Origin: Candidatus Methylacidiphilales bacterium | Lineage (GTDB): Bacteria > Verrucomicrobiota > Verrucomicrobiia > Methylacidiphilales > Verrucolacustridaceae | Assembly: GCA_044358595.1 (NCBI GenBank) | Contig: JBIKNP010000009.1 | Coordinates: forward strand, 8,433 to 72,432 | Direction of reading: 5' to 3' | Length of the DNA stretch: 64,000 bases | Shown: piece after piece, positions 29,721-39,270 of the stretch | How positions within the stretch are numbered: the first letter of the stretch is position 1 | Layout of the letters: each line of letters opens with the position of its first letter | Notes under the pieces: model-generated | The model's input: only the letters and a program-made list of their open reading frames with translations | Told to the model about the DNA's origin: nothing | The model's database searches: none | Program-made: the position numbers and the translations under genes

Positions 29721-31709
29721 ATGTCGGCTCAATTCGAGACCCCTTCTGCAGTTCGATCTCCCAGCCCTGAACTGGTGGGGATGGACCCTGCGGATGTAAA
29801 TTTAGGAAGTTTGCGTAAAGGCATTGAGGCGTGTCGGGATTACTTGTTGGGATTGCAAAAGGAGGATGGTCACTGGGTTGGGGAACTCTTTGTCGATACG
29901 ACCGTGGCCTGTGATTATCACCTTTTGATGTATTTGCGGGGGAAGGTAGATCGAGCAAAAGAGGCCAAAATTGTTCGCCATATTCTACAGAGGCAACTTC
30001 CCGATGGGGGCTGGCCTATTTATCCCGGGGGGCCAAGTAACGTGACGGCAACTGTAAAATGCTACTTCAGCTTAAAGCTGGCAGGATTTACATCCGAGGA
30101 GCCCGAAATGAAAAGAGCGCGTTCGACGGCGCTTCGCTTGGGAGGAATTCCGAGGACGAACACCTACTGCAAACTTTATCTGGCGATGTTGGGGCAGTAC
30201 CCGTGGAAGTATTTACCCAATATTCCTCCCGAAATTCTACTCCTGCCGAACTGGGCCCCGTTCAATATGTTTGAGATGAGCTCGTGGACCCGGGCGATTG
30301 TGGTGACTCTCTCTGTCATTCGCAGTTTTCGTCCGACGACGCATCTCCCCCCAGAAAAACAGCTTCATGAGTTATACCCATATGGGGTAGAGGGCGGACC
30401 GTTTTTTCATCCTGTTGAAAGAAGATTCCTTTCGATGAAAAACTTCTTTGTTCGAGTGAATGAACTGCTGGGATTTCTTGAGGGGCTTTCGTGGAAGCCG
30501 TTCCGGAAACATGCGTTGAAGGTTGCGGAGAAGTGGATTCTAGATCGAACGGGCCCGGAGTCAGAGGGCTTGGCGGCAATTTTTCCTTCGATGATGAACA
30601 CCATTCTCGCGTTTCAGTGTCTGGGCTATTCGGACGACCATCCCAGAATGCGCAAAGCGGTTAAAGATCTCGAGGGATTGGAGGTAGATGACGTGGCGAA
30701 TGGGGATTTCCGCGTTCAGCCTTGTTTGAGCCCTGTCTGGGATACGGCAATTACGATGACCGCGTTAGGAGCGGCTGGAGTGAAGGCAGACGACCCGGTC
30801 ATGCGCAAGGGAGCGGATTGGCTGTTGGCTAAAGAGGTTAAGATGAGGGGGGATTGGGTTGTAAAAAATCCAATGCGGGTGACTGGGGGTTGGGCTTTTG
30901 AGTATTTCAACGACTGGTATCCGGATGTGGATGACACGGCAAAAGTTCTTTTGGGGCTACGAATGGCTAGGGCGAGCGATCCTGCGGCCCAAAAAGGGGC
31001 AACGGAGAGGGGATTGGCTTGGGCTAAAAGCTTCCAGTGCGACAACGGCGGTTATGGTGCATTTGATAAAAACGTAAATAAGAAGTGGTTGGAGGATGTG
31101 CCTTTTGCGGATCACAACGCGATTTTAGATCCCCCTTGTGCTGATATTACGGGGCGAATGTTGGAAACGATGGGGAAGTGCGGCGTCCCAAAAAAAGATC
31201 ACCAAGTGCAGCGTGCGATTCGGTTTCTAAAAGAGACTCAGGAGGAGGATGGCTCGTGGTATGGGCGTTGGGGGGTGAACTATATTTATGGAACATGGCA
31301 GGTTTTGCGGGGTTTGCATGGAATTGGATACGATATGAATGAGCACTGGGTCATTCGGGGGCGGGATTGGTTGGAGTGTACACAGAATCCAGATGGTGGG
31401 TGGGGCGAAAGCTGCGGTTCATACGATGATCCTCGTTTTAAGGGCAGAGGCATTAGCACTGCCTCTCAAACAGGTTGGGGTCTGATGGGTTTACTTGCTT
31501 GTGGGGACATTCAACGGCCGAGTGTAAGGCGTGCAGTCCGATACCTGATCGAGACACAGCAATCCGACGGCAGTTGGGAGGAGAAGTTGATTACAGGGAC
31601 AGGCTTTCCTTGTGTCTTTTATCTGAGGTATGACATGTATCGGATTAATTGGCCCCTTTTGGCTTTGGGTGAATATCAGCAGATCGTTCAGACGACTGGG
31701 GCTCACTAA
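29721..31709 (+). CDS. shc: squalene-hopene cyclase
   Basis: QW repeats (QKEDGHW, QLPDGGW, QEEDGSWYGRWG, QNPDGGWGE, QSDGSW), catalytic YPDVDDTA, GTGFPCVFYLRY. Confidence 0.97.
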   Translation: MSAQFETPSAVRSPSPELVGMDPADVNLGSLRKGIEACRDYLLGLQKEDGHWVGELFVDTTVACDYHLLMYLRGKVDRAKEAKIVRHILQRQLPDGGWPIYPGGPSNVTATVKCYFSLKLAGFTSEEPEMKRARSTALRLGGIPRTNTYCKLYLAMLGQYPWKYLPNIPPEILLLPNWAPFNMFEMSSWTRAIVVTLSVIRSFRPTTHLPPEKQLHELYPYGVEGGPFFHPVERRFLSMKNFFVRVNELLGFLEGLSWKPFRKHALKVAEKWILDRTGPESEGLAAIFPSMMNTILAFQCLGYSDDHPRMRKAVKDLEGLEVDDVANGDFRVQPCLSPVWDTAITMTALGAAGVKADDPVMRKGADWLLAKEVKMRGDWVVKNPMRVTGGWAFEYFNDWYPDVDDTAKVLLGLRMARASDPAAQKGATERGLAWAKSFQCDNGGYGAFDKNVNKKWLEDVPFADHNAILDPPCADITGRMLETMGKCGVPKKDHQVQRAIRFLKETQEEDGSWYGRWGVNYIYGTWQVLRGLHGIGYDMNEHWVIRGRDWLECTQNPDGGWGESCGSYDDPRFKGRGISTASQTGWGLMGLLACGDIQRPSVRRAVRYLIETQQSDGSWEEKLITGTGFPCVFYLRYDMYRINWPLLALGEYQQIVQTTGAH

Positions 31710-31739
31710 GTTTCTTCAGGAATTCGGGCGGATCGAAAT

Positions 31740-32474
31740 ATGGGGCAGATCAATCAGGGGGAAGCGATTGGTATTCTTTTTCCCATGGAATTTGAGGCGG
31801 AGCCTACTTGGAAAAAACTGGGCGGGACGAGTCACGTCGAGAGTGGATTTGAGACGATTCGAGGGACTTGGAATGGGGTGCCGATTCTATCGGCGAGAAT
31901 TGGGATGGGTCATTCAGGTCAAGAGAACAAAGTAGACAATTGGTTAAAGGATCATCCGTGCCGCGCGATCATTCTGGCAGGATTGGCTGGGGCCTTGGAT
32001 CCAGCTTGGGACGAGGGCGATCTGACCTCTTTCAAATCAGAGGACTGGGAGGAGTTTCATCGATGGACCAAAGGCAAATCCAAAGTGAGATCTGGAAAGT
32101 GGCATACTGCGCATGAGATTATTGCAACGGGAGAGGCGAAGATTGCTTTAGGAAAGCGGACGGGGTGTGGAATCGTTGAAATGGAGTGGGATTACGTGGC
32201 AAAAGCGTGTCATAAGCATGGAATTCCTTTGGTGGGGCTTCGAGCGGTGAGTGATCATGCGGACAAGCTGTTACCAGCGGATCTATTTCTTTTAGGTTGT
32301 GATGCAGTGACAGGGAAAAGCACTCCTATGAAGATCGCGATGCATTTACTGATTCGGCCATGGCGATTGTGGGAGCTTATTCCTGCGGTGGGTGGGTGCA
32401 TTCACGCACGCAACGTGATGTCGAAATCGTTGAGCGAGTTTCTAGATTGGATAGGCGGAGTTGCTGATTCATGA
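31740..32474 (+). CDS. hpnG: hopanoid-associated nucleoside phosphorylase (HpnG-like)
   Basis: PNP/MTAN motifs IGMG, AGLAGALD, VEME, LRAVSD; directly after shc. Confidence 0.7.
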   Translation: MGQINQGEAIGILFPMEFEAEPTWKKLGGTSHVESGFETIRGTWNGVPILSARIGMGHSGQENKVDNWLKDHPCRAIILAGLAGALDPAWDEGDLTSFKSEDWEEFHRWTKGKSKVRSGKWHTAHEIIATGEAKIALGKRTGCGIVEMEWDYVAKACHKHGIPLVGLRAVSDHADKLLPADLFLLGCDAVTGKSTPMKIAMHLLIRPWRLWELIPAVGGCIHARNVMSKSLSEFLDWIGGVADS

Positions 32475-32588
32475 GTTTGAGTTAGGCCCAGGCTCCCGAA
32501 GGATCATCGCAACTGCCGTTGATCGATGATTCAACAATTCAAATAACTTAGAGCTAAGGCCCCATGGAATTGGGGTTTATACTGGGCT

Positions 32589-34775
32589 TTAGCCAATGGC
32601 TTCGGCTGCTTGGAAGCCGGAAACGACAGCTCCCTCGATTGTTGCGGGCAGGCCTGTCTCAGTCCAATCGCCGGCTAGGAATAAATTCTCTGACGAAGTT
32701 ACAGGTCCAGGACGAGAGAGGGGTTTGCTTGGTTCCCCAGTAAATGTGGCGTCACGTGATTTATAAACGACATGATGGGTTACTTTCGCTTCGCGGCTCT
32801 CTGGAATGAGGCGTTGGATTTCGGACAGTATGAGGTCGACTAAGTGTTTGCCCGTCTGGTCAATCAGGTCTGTTACCGCACTGATGACAGCCGCGTAAAG
32901 GTGGCCGGAGGCTCCTTTGGGGAGAGTGCTTGTTCGGTCGAACACCCAGTGAAGAGGGGAGTCGAGAAATCCAGTTATGAGATCCTGTGTCAAAGGTCGA
33001 TCGGTCCAAAGATGAACTCCTAATATCGGGCCTGGCCGAAGCTCCCGAGCGAGCAGGGCAGAACGATCCCCCTCCGGTAAAAGCTTTGCAGCAGCCGTCC
33101 AGGGAACAGAGAGAACAAACTGATCGAAGGGTGCGGATTCACCCTGTTTGAGATTGAGAGAGACAACTCGGCGTCTGTTCTCGTCGTATTGCAAAGATTC
33201 TACAGGGCGGGCCAAGTGTAATTTTCCTTCCGTGCTGTCGAGAAAAAGACCAAGTTCTGGCTGAAGGAGATTCGAGAGTCCATCGCGGTCGAAATAAATA
33301 GCGGCGTCTGTGGGAGACCCAAAAAGTGCACGCTGTGTTACTTCCCAGAAAAGGCATGCATCGGCGGTTTGAATAGGGACATTTAGCGCGGCCAGACAAA
33401 AGGGTTCCCAAAGAGCGCGGATCGATCCTGGGGTTTGTCCCAATCTTTCCAGCCAAGGCTGGGTCGCCTCTCCTGGTTTGGGCGGTAAACCTTTTGCGCG
33501 TAGCGGAAATAAAATGATTGCCCATCGATCCAGCGTCCGCAATTCCTTGAACCCCATAAGGCCAACGAGAAGATGGAAAGGGGGTGGAAGTTTTGAGGAT
33601 CGAAGTATGGTGCGCCCGTGTTGGGGACTTGCAAAAGCCAGATTCAGCCGATCGTGCTTTTCTAGGCGGTCACTGTTTCCGAGGGCTTCAATGAATTCAA
33701 GGGCACGATGATAGCAGCCCATGAGAATGTGTTGTCCGTTGTCCACAGTGGTGCCTGTCTTCGCTTCTCTGTAACTGTGAGCTCGCCCACCCAGCTGAGG
33801 CTTTCCTTCGAACAGCTCCACACTGTGTCCTTCCCTTGTCAGAGCAAAAGCTGCTGCGCTGCCTGCAAAACCGCCTCCGATAACGGCGATCCGGTTTGGG
33901 CTTCTGCGCTTCTTATGTGAAATCTTTAATTGGGCTCGTCCTCGTCGAAGGGCTTTGAGCTTTTCCCAACGCGTGAGCTTGATGGGGCCAGATAGAACCT
34001 CGTAATTCCTGCGATGAATCTTTTCCAGAAGATCGCGATAGACTCCCGTCATGAGAAGGGCTGCCGATAGATGGGGCCGGTCAGTCTCAGGAATTAACCG
34101 ATCTGCTTTCTCGAAATAGTGGCGGGCACGAAAGTATTGCAGTCGAAGAAGACGCGCCATTCCGGGGGTAGGGTGGGGACGTCGAAAGTCCTCTTCCGTA
34201 ACTCCAAGCGCGCGGCACTCGTCTTGGGGAAGGTAGATACGACCGAACTTCTGGAGATCGTAGGAAACATCGCGCAAAATATTGGTTAATTGGAACGCAA
34301 GCCCGAGAGCAACGGCATAGTCCGCAGCAGCTCTTGTTTGGCAGTTGAAGATATTAATGGAAACGAGGCCGACGGCGGAGGCTACGCCGTAACAGTATTT
34401 GCGTAGATCTTCAAACGTTGCGTAGCGGTTTCGGGTTAAATCCATTTCGACTCCGCTCAGAATTTCAAAAAGGGGCTCGGGTGGAATCAGGTAGCGACGC
34501 ACCACGGGTGCGAGTTCTTTAGCTAGAGGTTGGGTGGGACTCCCTTTGTAGATGGCTTGGATATCTTCCCGCCAAGCTTCAAGTCTTGCTTGGCGTTCGG
34601 TCTGAGGAACTGTGGTTTCATCTACGATATCGTCCACCGTCCGACAAAACGCGTAGAAGGTGGACATGGCCTGCCTTTGTTCCTTGGGCAGGCAGATAAA
34701 AGATAGGGCAAGGTTGGATCCGCTCTTACGAGTAATCCGTTCTCCTGTTCCTCCAGATGCTGGGGTCGTACTCAT
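32589..34775 (-). CDS. hpnD-hpnE: fused presqualene diphosphate synthase HpnD + hydroxysqualene dehydroxylase HpnE
   Basis: N-terminal SGSNLALSF..YAFCRTVDDIVD..FQLTNILRDV..RIYLP; C-terminal VIGGGFAG..LGGRAHS..VDNGQHILMGCY..LFLAGDWTETGLPATIEGAVVSG; one uninterrupted 728-aa frame. Confidence 0.9.
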   Translation of the reverse strand: MSTTPASGGTGERITRKSGSNLALSFICLPKEQRQAMSTFYAFCRTVDDIVDETTVPQTERQARLEAWREDIQAIYKGSPTQPLAKELAPVVRRYLIPPEPLFEILSGVEMDLTRNRYATFEDLRKYCYGVASAVGLVSINIFNCQTRAAADYAVALGLAFQLTNILRDVSYDLQKFGRIYLPQDECRALGVTEEDFRRPHPTPGMARLLRLQYFRARHYFEKADRLIPETDRPHLSAALLMTGVYRDLLEKIHRRNYEVLSGPIKLTRWEKLKALRRGRAQLKISHKKRRSPNRIAVIGGGFAGSAAAFALTREGHSVELFEGKPQLGGRAHSYREAKTGTTVDNGQHILMGCYHRALEFIEALGNSDRLEKHDRLNLAFASPQHGRTILRSSKLPPPFHLLVGLMGFKELRTLDRWAIILFPLRAKGLPPKPGEATQPWLERLGQTPGSIRALWEPFCLAALNVPIQTADACLFWEVTQRALFGSPTDAAIYFDRDGLSNLLQPELGLFLDSTEGKLHLARPVESLQYDENRRRVVSLNLKQGESAPFDQFVLSVPWTAAAKLLPEGDRSALLARELRPGPILGVHLWTDRPLTQDLITGFLDSPLHWVFDRTSTLPKGASGHLYAAVISAVTDLIDQTGKHLVDLILSEIQRLIPESREAKVTHHVVYKSRDATFTGEPSKPLSRPGPVTSSENLFLAGDWTETGLPATIEGAVVSGFQAAEAIG

Positions 34776-35695
34776 CCTCCGAAGAAGGATTGGATGCCCA
34801 GGCGTAGGAAGTCCAGTTTTGAAACTTTCGGCCTCTTTGTGAGGGTATTGTAGGATTGAGCCTCAATCTTTTTTAGAATCTCTGTTCCTCCAAGCCATGT
34901 AAGGCGAATCTCCCAGGATAGGGGGCGAGGTAGGTGGCGTGAAAGGGATTCTCCCTCCCGAAAGAGTGCCCATGTTCTTTCGCACTGGTATCGCAAACAG
35001 TTACAAAAATTGGGAGTCGCGCGACCTTCGAAAAGTTCCTTTTCTGTAACACCTAATCTGCGGAGATCGAATAGAGGCAGATAGATGCGGTCTTTCCCAA
35101 GATCTACGGAGATATCTTGCCAAAAATTTGCAAGCTGAAGCCCCGTGCAGATATTATCGGAGAGTTGGGCAAGCTCAGCGCTTCGTTCTCCGTGGATAAG
35201 GAGGACGAGTCGTCCGATCGGGTTGGCACTACGGCGGCAGTAGTCGAGAACGGACGGGAAGTCTTCATAACGGCGTTGAATAATGTCCTGTTCAAAGGCG
35301 CTGAGCAGGTCGAGGAAAAGGGAATCGGGAAGGTCCAGTTCGGCCTTGGTTCTCTGGAGAGGTTCAAAGATCCACGCATAGGATCGGTCATACTCCTTGC
35401 CATCGATGGCGTTTTGCCAGGCTTGGCGGTAGTTGCGGAAAACGGCAAGGCGTTCGGCTTCAGAAGGGGCTTGCCCTTTTGAGTGGGCTCGGGGGTCGGC
35501 GTAGCCCTCATCGGCCAGATCGTCGGCCACACGCGCAAATGCGTAGACAGCATGGACGTGAGGGCGGAGTTTCTTGGGAACTAGCCTTCCCACGGGGAAA
35601 TTCTCGTAGTGCTCCCGGGCTAGTTTGGAGCAGGCCTCGTACGGGTTGCTCGCGACAGGGCCGGGTGAATCTAGGATTGAGGATGAGGACTGCAT
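34772..35695 (-). CDS. hpnC: squalene synthase HpnC (hydroxysqualene synthase)
   Basis: HYENFPVG, YAFARVADDLADEG, YCRRSANPIGRLVL, ICTGLQLANFWQD, RIYLP; start probably ATG 35695; ATGA overlap with hpnD-hpnE. Confidence 0.93.
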   Translation of the reverse strand: MQSSSSILDSPGPVASNPYEACSKLAREHYENFPVGRLVPKKLRPHVHAVYAFARVADDLADEGYADPRAHSKGQAPSEAERLAVFRNYRQAWQNAIDGKEYDRSYAWIFEPLQRTKAELDLPDSLFLDLLSAFEQDIIQRRYEDFPSVLDYCRRSANPIGRLVLLIHGERSAELAQLSDNICTGLQLANFWQDISVDLGKDRIYLPLFDLRRLGVTEKELFEGRATPNFCNCLRYQCERTWALFREGESLSRHLPRPLSWEIRLTWLGGTEILKKIEAQSYNTLTKRPKVSKLDFLRLGIQSFFGG

Positions 35696-35822
35696 TGGGT
35701 CAATTTTACAGATATTTAAGTGCGGTGCGAGCGGACAAGTAGAGCCAATTCTTTCGCATTTCTGCTGAACAACTTGTAGGAAAATTCTGGTCGACAAGGG
35801 CTTGGCAAGGCCACGATTGGTC

Positions 35823-36788
35823 ATGCGTTATCTCTCTGGAATTCAGCCCACCGGGCGGCTTCATCTGGGGAACTATTTCGGAATGATACGCCCTGCTGTT
35901 GAGCTACAGGCCAAAGGGGAGGCCTACTACTTCTTAGCTGACTATCATGCCTTAACAGGTGCTAGTGAGGTGGGTCAGTTGGAAGGGTTGGTGAAGGAAA
36001 CCTTTCTCGATCTCTTGGCTTGTGGTGTGGATCCAGAAAGAGCGGTCGTTTTTCGGCAAAGTGCAGTTCCCGAGGTGCACGAGTTGGCTTGGTATCTTTC
36101 CACCGTTACTCCGATGGGATTACTGGAGAGGTGTCACAGTTATAAGGATAAGGTCGCGAAGGGGATCTCTCCCTCCCACGGCCTCTTTGCTTATCCCGTC
36201 TTAATGGCAGCAGATATTCTTCTGTATGATGCCGATCGAGTGCCGGTCGGGCAGGATCAGAAACAGCATCTGGAGGTGGCACGGGATATTGCGGGAAAGT
36301 TTAATGACAAGTACGGGCAGGTTTTTAAGTTGCCGGAGTCGATCATTCGGGAAGATGCCGGAGTCGTTCCCGGGGTGGACGGGCAGAAGATGAGCAAATC
36401 CTACGGGAACACACTTGAGATTTTCGCGCCAGAAAAGGATTTACGGAAAAAAATTATGGCTATCAAAACAGATTCCACACCAGTGGAGGCCCCTAAGGCA
36501 GTTGAGGGTAGTACCTTGTGGGGTTTGGTGCGATTGATGGGGACGGATGCCGAGCGTTCGGAGTATCGCGCAAAGATGGAAAAAGGTGGCACGGGATACG
36601 GGGATTTAAAAAAGGGCCTAGCTGATCTGGTTTTGCGGGAGTTTGATGGAATGCGAAAAAAGAGGGAGGAATTAGCTTCCAATTCGCCTCGTGTGGAGCA
36701 GTGGATGAAGGAAGGTGCAGCCAAGGCTCGGAAAACCGCAGAGCAAGTTTTAGCTCGGGTTCGAGCTGCTGTGGGTACGCAAAAATGA
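35823..36788 (+). CDS. trpS: tryptophanyl-tRNA synthetase
   Basis: SGIQPTGRLHLGNY (HIGH), YPVLMAADIL, VPVGQDQKQH, KMSKS. Confidence 0.97.
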   Translation: MRYLSGIQPTGRLHLGNYFGMIRPAVELQAKGEAYYFLADYHALTGASEVGQLEGLVKETFLDLLACGVDPERAVVFRQSAVPEVHELAWYLSTVTPMGLLERCHSYKDKVAKGISPSHGLFAYPVLMAADILLYDADRVPVGQDQKQHLEVARDIAGKFNDKYGQVFKLPESIIREDAGVVPGVDGQKMSKSYGNTLEIFAPEKDLRKKIMAIKTDSTPVEAPKAVEGSTLWGLVRLMGTDAERSEYRAKMEKGGTGYGDLKKGLADLVLREFDGMRKKREELASNSPRVEQWMKEGAAKARKTAEQVLARVRAAVGTQK

Positions 36789-37606
36789 TTCCGATGCTGG
36801 AGACGCCGGGGAGTGAGGCCCTGCGTGTAGAGCTATCTGCTTTTACGGGACCGTTGGATCTGCTCCTTCACCTTATTAAAGAGCAGGAGATGGATATTTA
36901 TGAGATTCGTTTGGAGAAGCTGACTGAGCAGTATCTGGCGCGTCTGGATAAGATGCGGGAGGAAAATTTGGCGGTCGCAGGTGAGTTTCTAGTGATGGCG
37001 GCAACCCTGATTTATCTAAAAAGTCGGACACTGCTTCCTGTGCAGGATCGACCCCCTGAAGAGGTTGAGGATGAGGATCCGAAGTGGGAGTTGATTCGTC
37101 AGCTGATCGAGTACCGTAAGTTTAAGGAGGCTGCGGGGCAGTTGGGGGATCGGGAAGCATTACACTCCCGAATCTTTGGAAGAATTCCTGAGCGGGTGGT
37201 CGTGAATCAGGCGATGCAGGGACCGGGCCAAGTCTCGATGTTTGATTTGGTCTGGGCGTTTCAGAAAGTCCTTCGTTCTTTGGAGGATCGATCGAAGGTG
37301 GGTCGTTTTGAGGACGAGCAGTTCACCGTAGGGCAGAAGATCGAATTTATCTTGGATCGGGTTTTGCCTGGGGAGGAGGTTCTGTTTGAGGATCTGTTCC
37401 GGAACATGTCTTCCCGAGGAGAGGTGGTGGTTACCTTTTTGGCCATGTTAGAGTTGATTCGGCTTCGTCAGGTTGCGGCAGTACAAGAGGGGCCCTTGAA
37501 GCCGATCCGAATTCGAAGAACCCCAGAGGGTATTTTGGGGGTTCCAACGGCAAGCCTTCCCACAGAGGAAGGAACTGGTCAACCGAGTGGAGATTCCGCA
37601 GTTTAA
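36785..37606 (+). CDS. scpA: segregation and condensation protein A
   Basis: FTGPLDLLLHLI, GEFLVMAATLIYLKSRTLLP, VVTFLAMLEL; ATGA overlap with trpS. Confidence 0.95.
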   Translation: MIPMLETPGSEALRVELSAFTGPLDLLLHLIKEQEMDIYEIRLEKLTEQYLARLDKMREENLAVAGEFLVMAATLIYLKSRTLLPVQDRPPEEVEDEDPKWELIRQLIEYRKFKEAAGQLGDREALHSRIFGRIPERVVVNQAMQGPGQVSMFDLVWAFQKVLRSLEDRSKVGRFEDEQFTVGQKIEFILDRVLPGEEVLFEDLFRNMSSRGEVVVTFLAMLELIRLRQVAAVQEGPLKPIRIRRTPEGILGVPTASLPTEEGTGQPSGDSAV

Positions 37607-37618
37607 AGGATACGAACT

Positions 37619-38239
37619 ATGGAATGGGCACGAGTACTGGAAGCACTCTTATTTGCGGCAACGGAGCCGATGGAGCCTTCGCGTCTGGCCACGATTTTGC
37701 GAGATGGGCCGGAGGGGGGTCAAGGTTGGCCTGACGTGAAAGAGGAGGAGGTACGGGAAGAGCTAACCCACTTGGCGGAGAGATTGGCTCCCCGCGGGTT
37801 GATCTTACGGGAGGTGGCGGGTGGATTTCGAATTGGAACGGCTCCTGATCTCTCGGGCTGGGTCGCGAAGTTGAAAGGGGTCGTTCGTCCGCCCCGTTTG
37901 AGTCCTCCTGCACTTGAGACGATGGCGGTGATTGCTTATCGGCAACCGATTTCTCGGGCAGAGATTGAGGCGGTACGGGGGGTGGACTGCAGTGGAACTT
38001 TGGACACTCTCGTGGAGCGTGGGGTGATACGAATTTCAGGACGAAGCGACGCACCAGGAAGACCGATTCTTTACTCTACTACTCCACTCTTTTTAGAGCA
38101 TTTCGGCCTCAGGGATTTGGAGGAGTTGCCCAATTCGGAGGAGTTAAGAAGAGTCAAACTTCCCACACCCGTTGATCCTGCGAGTCCACAGCAAAAGGAG
38201 CTGATCCATGAAACTATCGAACCTACGAACCAAAGTTGA
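37619..38239 (+). CDS. scpB: SMC-Scp complex subunit ScpB
   Basis: LEALLFAA, LSPPALETMAVIAYRQPISRAEIEAVRGV, GRPILYSTTPLFLEHFGL. Confidence 0.96.
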   Translation: MEWARVLEALLFAATEPMEPSRLATILRDGPEGGQGWPDVKEEEVREELTHLAERLAPRGLILREVAGGFRIGTAPDLSGWVAKLKGVVRPPRLSPPALETMAVIAYRQPISRAEIEAVRGVDCSGTLDTLVERGVIRISGRSDAPGRPILYSTTPLFLEHFGLRDLEELPNSEELRRVKLPTPVDPASPQQKELIHETIEPTNQS

Positions 38240-39269
38240 CAGGTTGGACGATCAGCTGGTTCGTCTGCTGGAGCAGAGAGCTGGAATTGCTCGCCAGATT
38301 GGTCGCCAAAAACTTGAGAGTGGGCAGTCGGTTTTTGCCCCAGCGAGGGAAGCGGCACTTTTTCGAAGATTAAGCGCCCGACTCAAGGGGACGATGGATC
38401 AGGACAATTTGAAGGCTATTTACAGAGAAATCCTGGCCACGGGTCGGCACTGCCAAGGTGGAACGCGGGTGGCGTATCTAGGGCCTGCAGCCTCCTACTG
38501 TCATCAAGCGGCCCGGGAACGCTTTGGGGCGGCAACGGAACTTGTTCCGTGTCCTACCATTGCTGAGATCTTTTCCGCGGTGGAGAGAGGCGAGGTGGAA
38601 GCGGGAGTTGTCCCGATCGAGAATTCGAACGAGGGGGCTGTTGGGGCGACTCAAGAGGCTTTGCTGAACTCCCATGTCACAATTTGTGGAGAGGTTTATC
38701 TTCCAATTCGCCACGCCCTGCTGAGTAAAACAAAGAGCGGGTCGATCCGAGTTCTCTATAGCCATCCTCAGGCTTTGGCGCAGTGTCGGCACTGGCTGGC
38801 TATGAATTTGAGCAAGACGAAGTTGGTCGAGGTGGCTAGCACGGCGGAGGGGGCACGGCGTGCCTCAGTGGAAAGGGGCGCAGCGGCTTTGGCCAGTCCT
38901 TGGGCGGCACAGCTGTATCGGTTGGTGGTTCGGCAACGTGACGTTCAAGACCGATCAGGGAACAGTACTCGATTTTATATTTTGGGACAGGAACCTGCAG
39001 GGGCGACGGGCAAAGATAAAACGAGCCTTCTCTTTACCCTGCCTCATCGAGCGGGGGCTTTGCATCGGGCTTTAGGGGTTTTAGCTTCGAAAAAATTGAA
39101 TTTGCTGAGCGTGGAGTCTCGCCCTGCACCTGGGAAGCCTTGGGAATACGTTTTCTTTGTGGATGTTCGGGGTCATATCGACCGGCCTGAGTTTCGGAAG
39201 GCGTTGCTGAAACTTCAAAGCCATACGCAGGATTTGCGGATTCTGGGAAGCTACCCAGAAGAGCGTTAG
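38208..39269 (+). CDS. pheA: chorismate mutase/prephenate dehydratase (P-protein)
   Basis: N-terminal AroQ (LRTKVDRLDDQLVRLL), VAYLGP, VPIENS, SHPQALAQC, NSTRF, ACT domain ESRP. Confidence 0.96.
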   Translation: MKLSNLRTKVDRLDDQLVRLLEQRAGIARQIGRQKLESGQSVFAPAREAALFRRLSARLKGTMDQDNLKAIYREILATGRHCQGGTRVAYLGPAASYCHQAARERFGAATELVPCPTIAEIFSAVERGEVEAGVVPIENSNEGAVGATQEALLNSHVTICGEVYLPIRHALLSKTKSGSIRVLYSHPQALAQCRHWLAMNLSKTKLVEVASTAEGARRASVERGAAALASPWAAQLYRLVVRQRDVQDRSGNSTRFYILGQEPAGATGKDKTSLLFTLPHRAGALHRALGVLASKKLNLLSVESRPAPGKPWEYVFFVDVRGHIDRPEFRKALLKLQSHTQDLRILGSYPEER

Positions 39270-39270
39270 G

